Source of the DNA: Candidatus Firestoneibacteriota bacterium
GTDB lineage: Bacteria > Oederibacteriota > D2-FULL-39-29 > JBDRBU01
DNA: 17,762 bases
Assembly: GCA_043822305.1 (NCBI GenBank)
Contig: JBDRBU010000120.1
Span: forward strand, 1-17,762
Direction of reading: 5' to 3'
The notes under the pieces are model-generated. The model did no database searches, was not told the origin of the DNA, and was given only the letters and a program-made list of their open reading frames with translations. Below are positions 1-8,448 of this stretch, one piece after another. Position numbers and translations under genes: made by a program. How positions within the stretch are numbered: the stretch's first letter is position 1; each line of letters starts with the position of its first letter.

Positions 1-37
1 GGCCCGCCCCCCCCCCGATTTTTTTTTACTAACAGCA

Positions 38-322
38 TTACTTTACCTTTCTTATTTGTCTCATGTATTTCTTCATATAAGCATTATACTTCTTGCGGTT
101 TTCTCTTCTCCATTTTTGAATATACTTTTTAATATTATATCCTTTTTGAAATAAATCACCACGAAAGTAGTTGGGATTATCTTTCTTCCATCGTTTTAAT
201 CTTTCTTTCTGTTTAATATTCCAGCACTTTACTCTAAAACAAATATATTGTCTAGAAGCAAACGGAGAAGGTTTAAACCATTTTTTACAAACCTCACATC
301 TTTGTTTCCTTGGTCCCAGCAT
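38..322 (-). CDS. Small basic hypothetical protein with a putative zinc ribbon (CxxC-x15-C-x4-C) and W/Y-rich basic helices
   Basis: 94-aa ORF with RCEVCKKWFKPSPFASRQYICFRVKC, then RWKKDNPNYF and KWRRENRKKY. Same strand and purine bias as the operon. No strong SD seen. Confidence 0.65.
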   Translation of the reverse strand: MLGPRKQRCEVCKKWFKPSPFASRQYICFRVKCWNIKQKERLKRWKKDNPNYFRGDLFQKGYNIKKYIQKWRRENRKKYNAYMKKYMRQIRKVK

Positions 323-334
323 AGCTCATTCTTA

Positions 335-356
335 AAAAGTGGATATGTCCCTTTTA
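335..356 (-). repeat. 22-bp GGGACA-family imperfect hairpin, copy A (possible terminator after rplQ)
   Basis: Minus strand TAAAAGGGACATATCCACTTTT starts 5 nt after the rplQ stop. It pairs as AAAAG-GGA/TCC-a-CTTTT and aligns with copies at 14053-14074, 14084-14105 and 17163-17184. Confidence 0.55.
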
Positions 357-361
357 ATTAA

Positions 362-769
362 TTATTTCTTTGCTTCTTCTTTCTTTCCTTTTTTTTCTTT
401 TTTTACTCTTTTTTCTCGGACAACTAATTCTATAATAGCAAGTAAAGCAGCATCTCCTTTTCTATCCTTTAACCTTAAAACTCTAGTATAACCACCGTTT
501 CTTTCCTTAAACCGCGGAGCTATGTTGTTAATCAATTTTTTTAAAATATCTTTATCTTTTATAAACCTTTCTATTAATCTTATCCCTGATAAATTTCCTC
601 TTTTTGCCCAGGTGATTAATCTTTCTGCTCTCCTTCTAAGTAATTTTGCTTTAGGGAGGGTTGTAACTATTCTTTCATTTTTGAACAAAGATGTTGCTAA
701 ATTTTTCAACATAGCATTTCTATGTTCAAAAGTTCTTCCTAATTTCCTATCAAATACTTTATGTCTCAT
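362..769 (-). CDS. rplQ: 50S ribosomal protein L17 (bL17)
   Basis: MRH..RKLGR..HR.AML.NLA.SL..ERI.TT..KAK and RNGGYTRV motifs. Follows rpoA. SD GGAG. Confidence 0.99.
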   Translation of the reverse strand: MRHKVFDRKLGRTFEHRNAMLKNLATSLFKNERIVTTLPKAKLLRRRAERLITWAKRGNLSGIRLIERFIKDKDILKKLINNIAPRFKERNGGYTRVLRLKDRKGDAALLAIIELVVREKRVKKEKKGKKEEAKK

Positions 770-785
770 ATTTCACTCCATAGTT

Positions 786-1817
786 TCATTTATTTTTTTT
801 GCCTTTCTTTTTCCCTTCCACTGATGTTAAAGAACTTGTCTCAGATAATACATCAGAAGGTATATCCATACCCAAAGAAAGGGACATCCCTTTTAACATA
901 TCACCAATTTCCTTTAAAGATTTCCGGCCAAAATTTCTGTATTTTAACATATCTATTTCTGTTTTTTTAACAAGTTCTATTATAGTTTTTATACCAGCCA
1001 TCTTTAAACAATTTGCTGACCTTACTGAAAGTTCTAATTCATCAACACTCTTTTTTAATAATTCCTTTAGTCTTTCTTTGTCTGTATCCACTTTTACTTC
1101 TTCCTCTATTTCAATCTCTTCTTCAACACTTACAAATACAGTTAAATGGTCTTTTAATATCTTTGAGGCATATGATAATGCTTCTTCTGGTTTAATCCTT
1201 CCATCTGTCCAAATCTCCAAGGTTAACTTTTCGTAATCAGTGATTTGTCCTACTCTTGTATTGTCAATATTAAAATTTACCTTAGTAATTGGAGTAAATA
1301 TTGAATCAATTGGAATCATGCCTATCGGAAAATCTTCTTTTTTATTGTCTTCATTAGTTGCATATCCCCTGCCAACATCCACTAAGATTTCCATATTAAA
1401 TTTAGCCTTGCTACTCGTAAGATTAGCAATTATTAAGTCAGGGTTTGCTATCTCTATCTCTGGGTCCTGTTTTATATCTGATGCTTTAACAACTCTTTCT
1501 CCTTCTGCAATTAAGTATATCTTTTTAGGTGCATTACCATGCAGTTTAATCTTTAATTGTTTAATGTTTAAAATTATCTCCGTAACATCTTCAACAACAC
1601 CTTCTATAGTTCCAAACTCGTGTAAGACATTTTCTATCTTTATCGCTGTGGCCGCAGATGTTTGGATCGAAGAAAGCAAAATTCTTCTCAAGGAATTGCC
1701 TATGGTTTGTCCATATCCTCTTTCAAACGGCTCAGCCATAAATTTACCATAAAAATTACTTAAAGTCTCTTTTTCTATCTCTAATTTACTGGGCATTTCC
1801 ATTTTTTTCCATTTCAT
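786..1817 (-). CDS. rpoA: DNA-directed RNA polymerase subunit alpha
   Basis: EPFERGYGQTIGNSLRRILLSS, LELSVRSANCL and NFGRKSL motifs. Start moved from 1856 to the ATG at 1817 (MKWKK), which has an AGGGGG SD. Confidence 0.98.
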   Translation of the reverse strand: MKWKKMEMPSKLEIEKETLSNFYGKFMAEPFERGYGQTIGNSLRRILLSSIQTSAATAIKIENVLHEFGTIEGVVEDVTEIILNIKQLKIKLHGNAPKKIYLIAEGERVVKASDIKQDPEIEIANPDLIIANLTSSKAKFNMEILVDVGRGYATNEDNKKEDFPIGMIPIDSIFTPITKVNFNIDNTRVGQITDYEKLTLEIWTDGRIKPEEALSYASKILKDHLTVFVSVEEEIEIEEEVKVDTDKERLKELLKKSVDELELSVRSANCLKMAGIKTIIELVKKTEIDMLKYRNFGRKSLKEIGDMLKGMSLSLGMDIPSDVLSETSSLTSVEGKKKGKKNK

Positions 1818-1867
1818 AATTTTTCCCCCTAAAATAATAGAATTATTAAAATTCATTGACCTAAATA

Positions 1868-2509
1868 TTATTTTTTATAAAATTCAACAATAAGTTGTTT
1901 TTCTACTATTAAACCTGTTTCGGTTTCCTCAGGTGCTCTTTTAAAAACAGTCTTTAACTCATCAAGATTTACTTCAAGCCAATTATATGTAATCCCACCT
2001 CTTTCTTTCACTTTTTCAATATTAGTTTTTATCGCTTTTAAATTTTTGCTTTTTTCTTTCACTTCTATGACATCATTTGGTTTAAGTATATATGAAGAAA
2101 TATTAACTTTTTTATTATTGACTAAGATATGCCCGTGTAAAACTAATTGTCTTGCTCCGGCTCTTGAAGCAGAAAATCCAGAACGATAAACAGTATTATC
2201 TAATCTCCTCTCAAGTAATTTAAGTAAATATTCACCGGTAATCCCTGGTTTTCTCTTGGCCATAGAAAAAAATCTTTTAAATTGGGCCTCATTCATTCCA
2301 TATATCCTTTTTACCTTTTGTTTCTCTCTAAGTCTTAACCCGTACTCTGAAAGTTTAGTAATTTTTTTGCCCTTTTTACCCTGTTGACCGGGCAAATATG
2401 CCTTTTTCTCCAATGCACATTTTCCCGTATAACATCTATCACCTTTTAGAAACAATTTAACTTTTTCTCTTCTGCATAATCTACATTTTGGACCAATATT
2501 TCTTGACAA
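1868..2509 (-). CDS. rpsD: 30S ribosomal protein S4 (uS4), zinc-binding type
   Basis: CRLCRRE..LFLKGDRC...KC, SEYGLRLREKQK and LERRLDN motifs. TTG start with GGGGG SD. Confidence 0.99.
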   Translation of the reverse strand: MSRNIGPKCRLCRREKVKLFLKGDRCYTGKCALEKKAYLPGQQGKKGKKITKLSEYGLRLREKQKVKRIYGMNEAQFKRFFSMAKRKPGITGEYLLKLLERRLDNTVYRSGFSASRAGARQLVLHGHILVNNKKVNISSYILKPNDVIEVKEKSKNLKAIKTNIEKVKERGGITYNWLEVNLDELKTVFKRAPEETETGLIVEKQLIVEFYKK

Positions 2510-2520
2510 TTTACACCCCC

Positions 2521-2925
2521 TTACACTCGCCTTTTCTTTTTTGGTCTACACCCATTATGAGGTATAGGAGTAACATCCTTTATGACTGTGATTTTTATAC
2601 CAGCAGATTGAATGGCTCTTATGGCTGACTCTCTACCTGAACCAGGTCCTTTAATATAAACCTCTACCTGTGTAATTCCTTTTTCTATTGCTTTTTTTGC
2701 CGCAATCTCAGCCGCCATCTGGGCGGCAAATGGAGTCCCTTTCCTGGAACCTTTAAATCCACAACTTCCGGCACTGCCCCAGGTCACAACTTTTCCGATT
2801 GTATCGCTTATGGAAACAATTGTATTGTTAAAAGTAGAATGTATGTGAGCTATGCCTTTTTTAACTACCCGTGAATCTTTTCTTATTGTTTTAACCTCTT
2901 TTTTTTCTTCTTCTACCTCACTCAT
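2521..2925 (-). CDS. rpsK: 30S ribosomal protein S11 (uS11)
   Basis: [24 protein letters not shown] and [12 protein letters not shown] motifs. Confidence 0.99.
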   Translation of the reverse strand: MSEVEEEKKEVKTIRKDSRVVKKGIAHIHSTFNNTIVSISDTIGKVVTWGSAGSCGFKGSRKGTPFAAQMAAEIAAKKAIEKGITQVEVYIKGPGSGRESAIRAIQSAGIKITVIKDVTPIPHNGCRPKKKRRV

Positions 2926-3332
2926 TTTTTCTCCTTTTCTTTAGTCTTGTCTAATGTTTTCTTAACTTCTTTTCTAAGCACGCCAACTGTTCTTCTGGGT
3001 CCTTTTCTAGTTCTAGCATTTGTTTTTGTCCTTTGACCCCTTACCGGTAAATTTCTTTTATGACGCAGCCCTCTATATGAGCCAACATCTATAAGTCTTT
3101 TAATATTCATAGAAATTTCTCTTCTTAAATCACCTTCTACTCTATAATTTTGAACTGCTTCTCTTAACTTCTTAATCTCTTGTTCGGTTAGATTAGAAAC
3201 TCTTGTATCCGGATTTATTTGAATATCTTTTAGTATCGTCTTTGATAATGGTCTTCCGATACCAAATATATAAGCCAGTGCTACTTCAATCCTTTTATTT
3301 TTAGGTAAATCAACTCCTGATATTCTAGCCAA
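2922..3332 (-). CDS. rpsM: 30S ribosomal protein S13 (uS13)
   Basis: ARISGVDLP and [23 protein letters not shown] motifs. TTG start with a poly-G SD. 4-bp overlap with rpsK. Confidence 0.99.
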   Translation of the reverse strand: MARISGVDLPKNKRIEVALAYIFGIGRPLSKTILKDIQINPDTRVSNLTEQEIKKLREAVQNYRVEGDLRREISMNIKRLIDVGSYRGLRHKRNLPVRGQRTKTNARTRKGPRRTVGVLRKEVKKTLDKTKEKEKK

Positions 3333-3368
3333 TTTTCCCCCCGTATAATAGACATTTGTATTTTTTTT

Positions 3369-3396
3369 GTAGTCGCAGGCTTTAGCCTGCGTGACT
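3369..3396 (+). repeat. GTAG-type REP-like palindrome
   Basis: GTAG followed by TC-GCAGGCT-TT-AGCCTGC-GTGACT. The 7-bp perfect inverted repeat extends via AGTC/GACT. It is a GC-rich island in an AT-rich spacer. Confidence 0.65.
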
Positions 3397-3425
3397 TATT
3401 TGGCATTTTGCCCAATACTTTTTTC

Positions 3426-3539
3426 TTATCCTTGTCTCTGTTTATGCTTAGGGTTACTGCAAACAACCCTGACCACACCTTTTCTTTTTATTATCTTGCA
3501 TTTATCACAAATCTTTCCTACTGATGCTCTTACTTTCAT
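3426..3539 (-). CDS. rpmJ: 50S ribosomal protein L36 (bL36), zinc-binding type
   Basis: Manually translated as [45 protein letters not shown]. Lies between infA and rpsM and is below the ORF-track size cutoff. Confidence 0.98.
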   Translation of the reverse strand: MKVRASVGKICDKCKIIKRKGVVRVVCSNPKHKQRQG

Positions 3540-3548
3540 ATCTTCCCC

Positions 3549-3578
3549 TTTTTTTACGGAGTCTTTTTTTACGGAGTC
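3549..3578. repeat. 15-bp tandem duplication TTTTTTTACGGAGTC x2
   Basis: Exact copies at 3549-3563 and 3564-3578. Confidence 0.9.
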
Positions 3579-3599
3579 GGGGTCGTCCCTGACCCCGAC
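3576..3599. repeat. GC-rich perfect hairpin (REP-like)
   Basis: GTCGGGGTC-gtccct-GACCCCGAC forms a 9-bp stem with a 6-nt loop. It is preceded on the minus strand by GTAT, one mismatch from GTAG. Confidence 0.7.
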
Positions 3600-3618
3600 A
3601 TACAAGATGCTCTTACTC

Positions 3619-3834
3619 TTATATCCTGTACACGATTCTTCCTCGTGTTAAATCATATGGAGATAGCTCCAATTTAACTTTATCTCCCGGAAGCAGTTTA
3701 ATATAATTCATTCTCATTTTACCTGATATATGAGCCAATACTTTATGCCCATTATCCAATTCTACTCTAAACATTGCATTGGGCAATGTTTCTAATATTT
3801 TCCCTTCTACTTCTATATTACCTTCTCTGGCCAT
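3619..3834 (-). CDS. infA: Translation initiation factor IF-1
   Basis: [25 protein letters not shown] and [12 protein letters not shown] motifs. Confidence 0.99.
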   Translation of the reverse strand: MAREGNIEVEGKILETLPNAMFRVELDNGHKVLAHISGKMRMNYIKLLPGDKVKLELSPYDLTRGRIVYRI

Positions 3835-3843
3835 ATGATATCC

Positions 3844-4590
3844 TTAGTCCTTTGTTAATATTTCTGCTTTATCATCTACAATTGCAATTGTATGCTCAAA
3901 ATGTGCTGACAAACTTCTATCTTTTGTTACAACTGTCCATTTATCTTCTTTAATCTCTACTTCGTAAGATCCTATGTTTACCATAGGTTCTATACAAAAA
4001 ACCATTCCATTTTTAAGTCTTATTCCAGAGCCAGATTTTCCAAAATTAGGTACCTGTGGATCCTCATGTAATGACCTGCCAATACCATGTCCAGTGAAAT
4101 TTCTAACAACCGAAAAATTGAAACTTTCCACAAAGTTCTGGATAGCACTTGAAACATCTCCTAATCTATTATTTACATTTACTTTAGAGATTCCGAGATA
4201 TAAACTTTTTTCAGTAACTTCTATTAACTTTTTTGCTTCACAGTGGACATCACCCACACAAAAAGTTGCTGCAATATCTCCATAAAATCCGTCTTTTACT
4301 ACACCTATGTCTATCTTTACAATATCTTTTTCTTTAAGTCTTCGATCAGAAGGAATTCCATGAACAACTTCTTCATTTATTGAAATACAAATATTAGATG
4401 GATATCCTCTATATCCCTTAAAAGCGGACTTTCCACCTCTTTCAATTATCAAAGATTCTGACAACTTATCTAAATCATTAGTTATAACATCCGGTTTTAT
4501 AACTTTTTTCAAATACTCCAAAACTTCTGATGCAATCCTCGAACTTTTTCTAATTAATTCTATCTCCTGCGCTGATTTCAATGTTATCAT
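3844..4590 (-). CDS. map: Methionine aminopeptidase type I
   Basis: CISINEEVVHGIP, DIG...GFYGD, GHGIGRSLHEDP, IEPM and SAHFEHT metal-ligand motifs. Confidence 0.99.
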   Translation of the reverse strand: MITLKSAQEIELIRKSSRIASEVLEYLKKVIKPDVITNDLDKLSESLIIERGGKSAFKGYRGYPSNICISINEEVVHGIPSDRRLKEKDIVKIDIGVVKDGFYGDIAATFCVGDVHCEAKKLIEVTEKSLYLGISKVNVNNRLGDVSSAIQNFVESFNFSVVRNFTGHGIGRSLHEDPQVPNFGKSGSGIRLKNGMVFCIEPMVNIGSYEVEIKEDKWTVVTKDRSLSAHFEHTIAIVDDKAEILTKD

Positions 4591-5234
4591 TTTTCAACAA
4601 AAAATGATTTTAAGGAACTCACCACACTATCTACGCCGTTCTCAGCATCTATATTTTTAAGTAATCCCTTTTTTAAGTAATACTTTATTAATGGCTCTGT
4701 ATCTTTCTCATATACTTCTAATCTTTTTCTTATCACAGATTCAGTATCATCATCTCTTTGAAATAATTCACCACCACAAACATCGCAGAAGCCATCTTTT
4801 TTTGGTGTAATAAATATCAAATTATAATTAGAACCGCAATTCGGACAAACCCGTCTATTGGTTAGCCTCTTTATAATTAATTCCTCTGTTACTACCAGGT
4901 TTACAACCAAATTTAATTTAAAATCTAAATCCTTGAAAATCTTTTCCAATTCTTTTGCTTGATTTATTGTCCTTGGAAATCCATCTAATATAAAGCCATT
5001 CTTACAGTCATTTTCCTTTAACCTGTTTCTTAGAATTTCATTTATTGTCTCATCCGAAATAAGTTTACCAGTTTCCATAATTTTTTTTACTTTAAAACCC
5101 AAAGAAGTCTTTTCTTTAACCTCTTTTCTTAACATATCTCCTGTTGAAATCTTTAGTATCTTATATTTTTTAGATAATGAATCACTAATTGTCCCTTTAC
5201 CAGCTCCAGGAGATCCTAATATTATCAATATCAT
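4587..5234 (-). CDS. adk: Adenylate kinase with zinc-binding LID
   Basis: GSPGAGKGT P-loop, ISTGDMLR, LDGFPR, CPNC...CDVC and QRDDD motifs. Confidence 0.99.
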   Translation of the reverse strand: MILIILGSPGAGKGTISDSLSKKYKILKISTGDMLRKEVKEKTSLGFKVKKIMETGKLISDETINEILRNRLKENDCKNGFILDGFPRTINQAKELEKIFKDLDFKLNLVVNLVVTEELIIKRLTNRRVCPNCGSNYNLIFITPKKDGFCDVCGGELFQRDDDTESVIRKRLEVYEKDTEPLIKYYLKKGLLKNIDAENGVDSVVSSLKSFFVEK

Positions 5235-6550
5235 TAAAATCCTGCTCTGCTTTTTAACTTACTATCTTTCATAAAACCTTCATAATGTCTCATAAGTAAA
5301 TGTGATTCAATCTGCTTCATTGTATCTAAGGCAACACCTACAACAATTAAAAGAGATGTTCCACCAAAATAAAATGGAATATTCATAGAACGCATAAGTA
5401 TATCGGGTAAAATTGCAATAAACGCAATAGCAATAGCACCAACTAATGTTATTCTGGTTAAAGTATAATCAATAAACTTAGCCGTAGGTTCCCCGGGTCT
5501 TACTCCTGGAATAAATCCACCATATTTTTTTATGTTTTCTGCAACATCTACTGGATTAAATATTACGGCTGTGTAAAAAAAACAGAAAAATACAATTAAT
5601 ATTACATATATAATGCTATAAACAAGGGCCCCTGGTGAAAACCAGGTAACTATAGTTTCAAAAAACATATTATTGGGGAAAAATTTACCAAGCATACCTG
5701 GCATAGATGCAACAGAAGAAGCAAAGATAATGGCAATAACTCCTGAGAAATCAACTTTTAAAGGTAAATATGTGCTGGCGCCTCCATAAACCTTCCTGCC
5801 AACAATCCTTTGAGCATACTGAACCGGGATTCTCCTGGCACCTGTCTCTATAAAAACTACAAAAGCAACAACAATAATCATACCCACGGCAACAAATAGA
5901 ACAAAGAAAGGTTGTAATGCACCAGACTTTACAAGTTTAAATGTATTTATAATCTCTGCTGGAACTCTGGCTACAATCCCGGCAAAAATTAAAAGTGACA
6001 TACCATTACCAATTCCTTTTTCAGTAATTCTTTCCCCCAGCCACATGATAAACATAGTTCCCGTGGTTAAAGTAATAACTGTCATTAATTGAAAACCTAT
6101 GCCCCAATCTTTTACAATTCCCTTACCTACATGATGCATCATAAATGTCATTCCATATGATTGTATGGCACAAAGTATAACTGTTCCATATCTTGTGTAT
6201 TGTGTAATTTTCTTTCGACCACTTTCTCCTTCTTTGGCTAATTTCTCTAAGGTTGGAATAACGGCTGTAAGTAATTGCATTATTATAGACATACTAATGT
6301 ATGGCATTATACCCAGAGCACATACTGAGAAAGTACTAAATGCTCCTCCGGTAAATAAATCCAAAAACCCTAAAATTCCTCCAGCCTGGGTTTTCATAAA
6401 TGATGCCAGTGCAGATGCATTAATACCAGGAGTTGGGACCTGGCAACCCAATCTATAAACAAGCAGCATGGCCAGAGTAAATAAAACCCTATTTTTTAGC
6501 TCTGGTATTTTAAATATATTTTTAAACGCTTCAAAAAGATTTTTAAGCAT
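5234..6550 (-). CDS. secY: Preprotein translocase subunit SecY
   Basis: ALGIMPYI, WLGERIT..GIGNG.SL.IF, FIPGVRPG and GGTSLLIVVGV motifs, with multiple TM segments. Confidence 0.99.
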   Translation of the reverse strand: MLKNLFEAFKNIFKIPELKNRVLFTLAMLLVYRLGCQVPTPGINASALASFMKTQAGGILGFLDLFTGGAFSTFSVCALGIMPYISMSIIMQLLTAVIPTLEKLAKEGESGRKKITQYTRYGTVILCAIQSYGMTFMMHHVGKGIVKDWGIGFQLMTVITLTTGTMFIMWLGERITEKGIGNGMSLLIFAGIVARVPAEIINTFKLVKSGALQPFFVLFVAVGMIIVVAFVVFIETGARRIPVQYAQRIVGRKVYGGASTYLPLKVDFSGVIAIIFASSVASMPGMLGKFFPNNMFFETIVTWFSPGALVYSIIYVILIVFFCFFYTAVIFNPVDVAENIKKYGGFIPGVRPGEPTAKFIDYTLTRITLVGAIAIAFIAILPDILMRSMNIPFYFGGTSLLIVVGVALDTMKQIESHLLMRHYEGFMKDSKLKSRAGF

Positions 6551-6982
6551 TTATTTTACTTCTCCACCAAGTGCTTTAATTGAATCAATTGCTTTTTTAC
6601 TCATATAATTAGCAGAAACTATTAATTTTTTCTTTAATTCTCCATCACCTAATATTTTGTATTTCTTGTATTTACCCGCAATCATTCCTCTTTCTTTGAG
6701 TAATTTTAGTGTAATTAAAGTTCCATCATCAAAAATATTTAAATCATCAACATTTATAATTCCATATATTTTTTTAAACGGATTAGTAAAGCCTCTTTTG
6801 GGGGTTCTTTTAAGTAGCGGCATTTGTCCACCTTCAAACCCTACTTTATTACTTCTGCTTCTTGCTCTTTGCCCCTTATTCCCAAAAGTAGAAGTTTTAC
6901 CATGACCTGAACCAATACCAAGACCTAGTCTTTTTTTTCTTTTCCTGCTTCCTTCTGATGGTTTTAATTTATTTAGTTTCAT
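6551..6982 (-). CDS. rplO: 50S ribosomal protein L15 (uL15)
   Basis: G.GSGHGKT..G.KGQ.AR and FEGGQMPL.KR.PKRGF motifs. Confidence 0.99.
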   Translation of the reverse strand: MKLNKLKPSEGSRKRKKRLGLGIGSGHGKTSTFGNKGQRARSRSNKVGFEGGQMPLLKRTPKRGFTNPFKKIYGIINVDDLNIFDDGTLITLKLLKERGMIAGKYKKYKILGDGELKKKLIVSANYMSKKAIDSIKALGGEVK

Positions 6983-6994
6983 CTTTTCCCCTAT

Positions 6995-7492
6995 TTAAAT
7001 TAATTCTTCTATTTTTTTACCTCTGATTTCTGCAAGCTTATCTATTCTCTTTAAAGATTTTAACGCAACTATAGTTGCTTTTGTTAAATTATAAGGATTT
7101 GTTGAACCTATCACCTTACTTAAGATATCTTTAATACCAGCTAGTTCGACTATAGCCCTAACAGTCCCGGAAGCTACAACACCAGTTCCAGGAGAAGCGG
7201 GCTTAAGCATCAGTCTTGTTGCTCCATATTTAATAGAAGTTGTATGTGGAATAGTAACACCACTTAAAGGGACTTCAATCAGGTCTTTTTTAGCATTTTC
7301 ATTTCCTTTCTTTATGGCACCTGGAACCTCTTTTGCTTTGCCAACACCAACTCCAACATGGCCTTTTCCATCTCCAACAACAACGACAGAGCTAAAACTC
7401 ATTCTCTTGCCACCTTTAACAACTTTAGCCACTCTTCTTATACTTACAACTTTTTCTTTAAGTTCAAATTGACTTGGATCTAATTTTGGCAA
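6995..7492 (-). CDS. rpsE: 30S ribosomal protein S5 (uS5)
   Basis: RVAKVVKGGKR.SF, GKAKEVP.AI and PASPGTGV motifs. TTG start with GGAGGT SD. Confidence 0.99.
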   Translation of the reverse strand: MPKLDPSQFELKEKVVSIRRVAKVVKGGKRMSFSSVVVVGDGKGHVGVGVGKAKEVPGAIKKGNENAKKDLIEVPLSGVTIPHTTSIKYGATRLMLKPASPGTGVVASGTVRAIVELAGIKDILSKVIGSTNPYNLTKATIVALKSLKRIDKLAEIRGKKIEELI

Positions 7493-7501
7493 ATTACCTC
7501 C

Positions 7502-7870
7502 TTAAAAAGACAAACCTTCTTTTCTGACAGTATCTGCTATTTTTTTAATTCTTCCATGATAAAGATAGCCACTTCTATCAAAAACAATTTTTTTTATATC
7601 TTTTTCAATACATTTTTTAGCTAATAAACTCCCGAGTAATTCTGCTGCTTTAGAATTATCACAACTAGATCCATCATGCTTATCTTTAAAATCTTTTGAT
7701 AAGGTTGAAACTGTCAAAATAACTTTATTACTTTCGTCGTCTATTATACTCGCATATATATGTTTTAAACTTCTAAAAACACAAAGTCTGTATCTTTCTT
7801 TTGTGCCAAATATTTTTTTTCTAATCTTATGATGCCTCTTTTGCCTTAAAAAATTTCTTAAGTTTCTCAT
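7502..7870 (-). CDS. rplR: 50S ribosomal protein L18 (uL18)
   Basis: RL.VFRS.KHIYA and VFDRSGYLYHGRI motifs. Confidence 0.98.
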   Translation of the reverse strand: MRNLRNFLRQKRHHKIRKKIFGTKERYRLCVFRSLKHIYASIIDDESNKVILTVSTLSKDFKDKHDGSSCDNSKAAELLGSLLAKKCIEKDIKKIVFDRSGYLYHGRIKKIADTVRKEGLSF

Positions 7871-8436
7871 TATTTCTTTCCTCCACCAAGAGATGTTACG
7901 CCTGTAGCCGTCTTACCAACCTTTTTCCTTATATGCTCATTAAGATATCTTATCCCTTTTCCTTTATAAGGATCGGGCTTTTTTATAAGCCTTATCTTGG
8001 CGGCTATGTCCCCCAAAACCTCCCTATCTGCTCCTTTTAAGGTTACAATCGTCTGCTTCTCAACAGAGGCTGAAATACCGGCTGGTAGAATAACCTCAAC
8101 CAGATGGGTAAATCCTACTTGCAAAGTTAACTTATTCCCAGTAACGGCTGCTTTATAACCAACACCTTCTACCTGTAAAACTTTTGTAAAGGGGATAACT
8201 ACACCAGAAATCATATTGGCTAACTTAGCTCGCAATGTTCCATGTAAAGATTTGATTCCTTCCTCGTCTGAATTTTTACTTAATACAACTTTACTATCTT
8301 TAATTTCTACTTTAATTTCAGGATGTCCCTTCATACTTAATTTCCCCTGAGGTCCTTCAACAGTAAATACCTCATCTTTTAAAGACACTTTAACATTGTT
8401 TGGAATATTTATTGGGCTATTTCCACCACGAGCCAT
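7870..8436 (-). CDS. rplF: 50S ribosomal protein L6 (uL6)
   Basis: GVGYKA and PDPYKGKGIRY motifs. SD GGAGG. Confidence 0.99.
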   Translation of the reverse strand: MARGGNSPINIPNNVKVSLKDEVFTVEGPQGKLSMKGHPEIKVEIKDSKVVLSKNSDEEGIKSLHGTLRAKLANMISGVVIPFTKVLQVEGVGYKAAVTGNKLTLQVGFTHLVEVILPAGISASVEKQTIVTLKGADREVLGDIAAKIRLIKKPDPYKGKGIRYLNEHIRKKVGKTATGVTSLGGGKK

Positions 8437-8448
8437 ATGATAATCCTC

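Noticed and set aside
878..893. AAAGGGA-CA-TCCCTTT palindrome inside rpoA resembling the GGGACA motif
   Set aside because: It lies in the conserved alpha-CTD coding sequence in the opposite orientation, and a 2-nt loop is poor for a hairpin. Probably coincidental.
1818..1856. 13-aa N-terminal extension of RpoA in the ORF track, and a small AATAAT/ATTATT palindrome
   Set aside because: The SD sits before ATG 1817, so the extension is unlikely. The palindrome is AT-only and expected by chance.
3344..3350. TATAAT (+) / TATTAT (-) upstream of rpsM as a promoter
   Set aside because: There is no convincing -35 at the proper spacing, and such hexamers are common in AT-rich DNA.
3281..3478. 65-aa minus-strand ORF
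   Set aside because: It overlaps rpmJ and rpsM out of frame and runs through the palindrome. The region is explained by the real genes.
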